Shown piece by piece: positions 62,033 through 64,000 of a stretch of 64,000 nt of DNA; within the stretch, counting starts at the first letter, position 1, and every line of letters starts with the position of its first letter. Origin of the DNA: Lepidodermella squamata (lineage: Eukaryota; Animalia; Gastrotricha); NCBI GenBank assembly GCA_047495785.1, contig JBLDXI010000042.1, positions 434,001 to 498,000 of the forward strand, in the 5' to 3' direction. The translations under genes were made by a program, and so were the position numbers. Below the pieces are notes generated by a model. The model searched no databases and was not told the DNA's origin. It saw nothing but the letters and a program-made list of their open reading frames with translations.

Positions 62033-62435
62033 AGCTCGGGTGAAATGCGATCTAGAATGGAGAAGCGATTGGAGCGAATCCGTGAAATTTGCGAGAAAGA
62101 CCCAGTAGCAGCTAGCCAATTGTTCGATTGGCAAGATTACGACAGCCGCCGAAATTCAAGCTACGTCTGGCTCTGGAATAACCTGCTCGTCAACGATAAT
62201 TACAAATTTGTATTTTGCGCGTAAGTGTCCCAAAATAAATTCTCTAAAATACCTGAATTTTCAAAAATTTCAAAAATTAAATTTATAATTTATTATTAAA
62301 TGTTTGATCGTTTTTTCAAGTATTCCAAAGGCTGGTAATACGAATACTCGGCACTATTTGATGCATTTGAGCGAAGGCAATACGGGCAATCCGGGATTAC
62401 AAGTACCGAGGCGCTGGTTGGAACCGGGTCTATGA
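62033..62435 (+). pseudogene. Carbohydrate sulfotransferase (Sulfotransfer_2/CHST-like) 5' part, truncated; exons 62033-62220, 62321-62435
   Basis: Spliced 'LLVNDNYKFVFCAIPKAGNTN' is the 5'-PSB PAPS-binding motif; the frame stops where the AT-rich virus-like sequence begins. Confidence 0.78.
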
Positions 62436-62535
62436 TCCTAATTACAAGATCCTAATTACAACCTTAAGAATTTTATTTGATTATACTCAGCGGATTCTTT
62501 TTTACCACCCCGTGTCAAAGTAGCTAATCGTGGTC

Positions 62536-63048
62536 CTAATCCCTTTTATTATAATCAGATATATCATGTATTACATCTTCGATATGATCAGCTTCAATTT
62601 CGTCAATCAAAGGGAAATTGTGTTTCTTAATTACGTTTTCATTAAGACTTTTAATTTCATTTTCAGGTTCTCTAACAGTTTGATATTCATCAAATGAGGC
62701 TTCATTTCTATCAGTTGACTCACTTTTTGCTAATGGACTGGAAGGTTCCAATTTAGGTTGTCTTAATTCAGCTTCAACTTCTTGGGCAATTCCCCGAGCG
62801 ATCACCTCAGGTTTCATTCTTGTTAAATTATTATTCAATTTTTCTATGGAATTTACGATCGGTCGTTGTTTGATCGTATTTAGAATGGTTGCTAAAGGAT
62901 CCATTTCGGTTTTAATGTTATATTTATGCTTTAATGTGTATGTATCTCCATTCGCGATAGCAATATTCTGACTATACAGGTTTTCCTCTTTTTCAAGATT
63001 TTTCAAAATTTCAATTTGCTCGGGTATTGATAGTTCTTTGATCGGCAT
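62536..63048 (-). CDS. Hypothetical protein of the virus-like element
   Basis: 170-aa intronless ORF directly downstream of, and co-oriented with, the ATPase. Confidence 0.6.
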   Translation of the reverse strand: MPIKELSIPEQIEILKNLEKEENLYSQNIAIANGDTYTLKHKYNIKTEMDPLATILNTIKQRPIVNSIEKLNNNLTRMKPEVIARGIAQEVEAELRQPKLEPSSPLAKSESTDRNEASFDEYQTVREPENEIKSLNENVIKKHNFPLIDEIEADHIEDVIHDISDYNKRD

Positions 63049-63079
63049 TTGAACGTTTTTTAATTAGTAACTAGATATT

Positions 63080-63778
63080 TCAACAAAACAGGCCAACGTA
63101 ATTAGCTCGCAATTTCAAGCATTTGTATTTTGAATTGCCATCAATAATGAAACTTCCATGTCCATCATATGAAGATGTACTTTCTTCGTATTTCTTTATG
63201 AACTCATCTCTTTTTATTTCAGATGCATAAATATTATGTATGGTTTTTATTTCTCTGAAATCATTTAAACGCTTTAGCACAACGAACTGTGCGTTATCTC
63301 TAATTATTTTGGGCGTTTTAAAATAAGACTGAGATAAGTAAACAACAGAACAATTGTATTTCCTACTTCTTATGTACAAATCACCGATATATTTTTCTTG
63401 AACTTTTTTTTCTGCTAAACATACATCATCAAAAATGTAAAGATGCTGATAGTTCTTGTTAAGATCTTCTATTTGAACTACATCTTTCAAATCAGTGCTA
63501 AAATGTATGAGACTTTCTGATATTCCTCTTCTTGCTAATTCTTTTTCTTTTTGTTTTTGCACATTTATTAAAAATTGATACTTGTCTTCATCAAGTGTTT
63601 TTGAATAAACGAAAATTTTATGGAAAACGGAATGATGAATAATATTCAAAAGATCATTTGTTTTACCTGAATTACTCGGACCAATGATTAAACTTCTGCC
63701 TGGATGTTGTGGGAAAAATGGATTCGGATTTATATAATAATTATTAGCTTTGGAAATTAGATTATCAAAATTTATCAT
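63080..63778 (-). CDS. A32-like (FtsK-HerA) DNA-packaging ATPase
   Basis: Walker A GPSNSGKT, Walker B YIFDD, and 'RSRKYNCSVVYLSQSYFKTPKIIRDNA' characteristic of A32-family ATPases. Confidence 0.92.
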   Translation of the reverse strand: MINFDNLISKANNYYINPNPFFPQHPGRSLIIGPSNSGKTNDLLNIIHHSVFHKIFVYSKTLDEDKYQFLINVQKQKEKELARRGISESLIHFSTDLKDVVQIEDLNKNYQHLYIFDDVCLAEKKVQEKYIGDLYIRSRKYNCSVVYLSQSYFKTPKIIRDNAQFVVLKRLNDFREIKTIHNIYASEIKRDEFIKKYEESTSSYDGHGSFIIDGNSKYKCLKLRANYVGLFC

Positions 63779-63817
63779 TTATATATAAATTAGAAACTTT
63801 CTAGTTAATTACTAAAA

Positions 63818-64000
63818 ATGTTCGACAGCACTAAAAAAGATGGCGTAAATTCTCCGAGTGGGGGATTTTCGATGGGATTATAAACAATTTACCGATTGAA
63901 TTACATTTACCATCATTAGGACCAGGTGAATACGTGCAGAACGGTAGTTTTAATAACACAAATAAGTATTCATATGCAGGCCCAGGAACGAAATTTATTC
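63818..64000 (+). pseudogene. 5' part of a parvovirus-type phospholipase A2 domain gene (Polinton/adintovirus PLA2), start frameshifted
   Basis: 'GIINNLPIELHLP...YSYAGPGTK' in a frame offset from the ATG at 63818. Confidence 0.72.

Larger units (their letters stand above)
62434..64000. mobile_element. Polinton/Maverick- or adintovirus-like endogenous viral element (continues past the window)
   Basis: Abrupt shift to AT-rich, intronless, tightly packed ORFs including a packaging ATPase and a parvovirus-type PLA2 motif. Confidence 0.82.

Overview
Eukaryotic (invertebrate animal) genomic DNA with short AT-rich spliceosomal introns; the taxon cannot be fixed from the sequence alone. Many real genes are spliced and are missed or fragmented by the ORF track. 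Main result: a dispersed family of about 11 small two-exon genes for secreted peptide precursors (7 intact, about 4 decayed, plus one deleted remnant). They share an 11-12-codon 'MAKL...' first exon and a phase-0 intron inside the signal peptide; the six copies between 5.5 and 30.8 kb also share a 3'-UTR stem-loop and most share a promoter block. They encode combinatorially shuffled, mostly cationic, disulfide-looped (or short linear) peptide modules separated by acidic R-EAE...EE/AA/AQ-R spacers, an architecture like venom or antimicrobial polyprotein precursors. Other content: one end of a 7,157-bp tandem duplication that fuses a class C GPCR ectodomain to an ankyrin gene; an NRF-6-like acyltransferase; two Cys-rich secreted peptides; an apparently intact 9.6-kb CACTA/EnSpm (CMC) transposon; a ~2,880-aa SH3BGR-domain protein with a giant acidic tail; PAN/apple and secreted three-finger proteins; a frameshifted class C GPCR; a divergent Cys-loop channel with a GC-AG intron; decayed C1GalT1-like and sulfotransferase genes; many MITEs with target-site duplications; and the start of a Polinton/adintovirus-like element at the right edge. 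All splice models and translations were made by eye and need RNA-seq confirmation.
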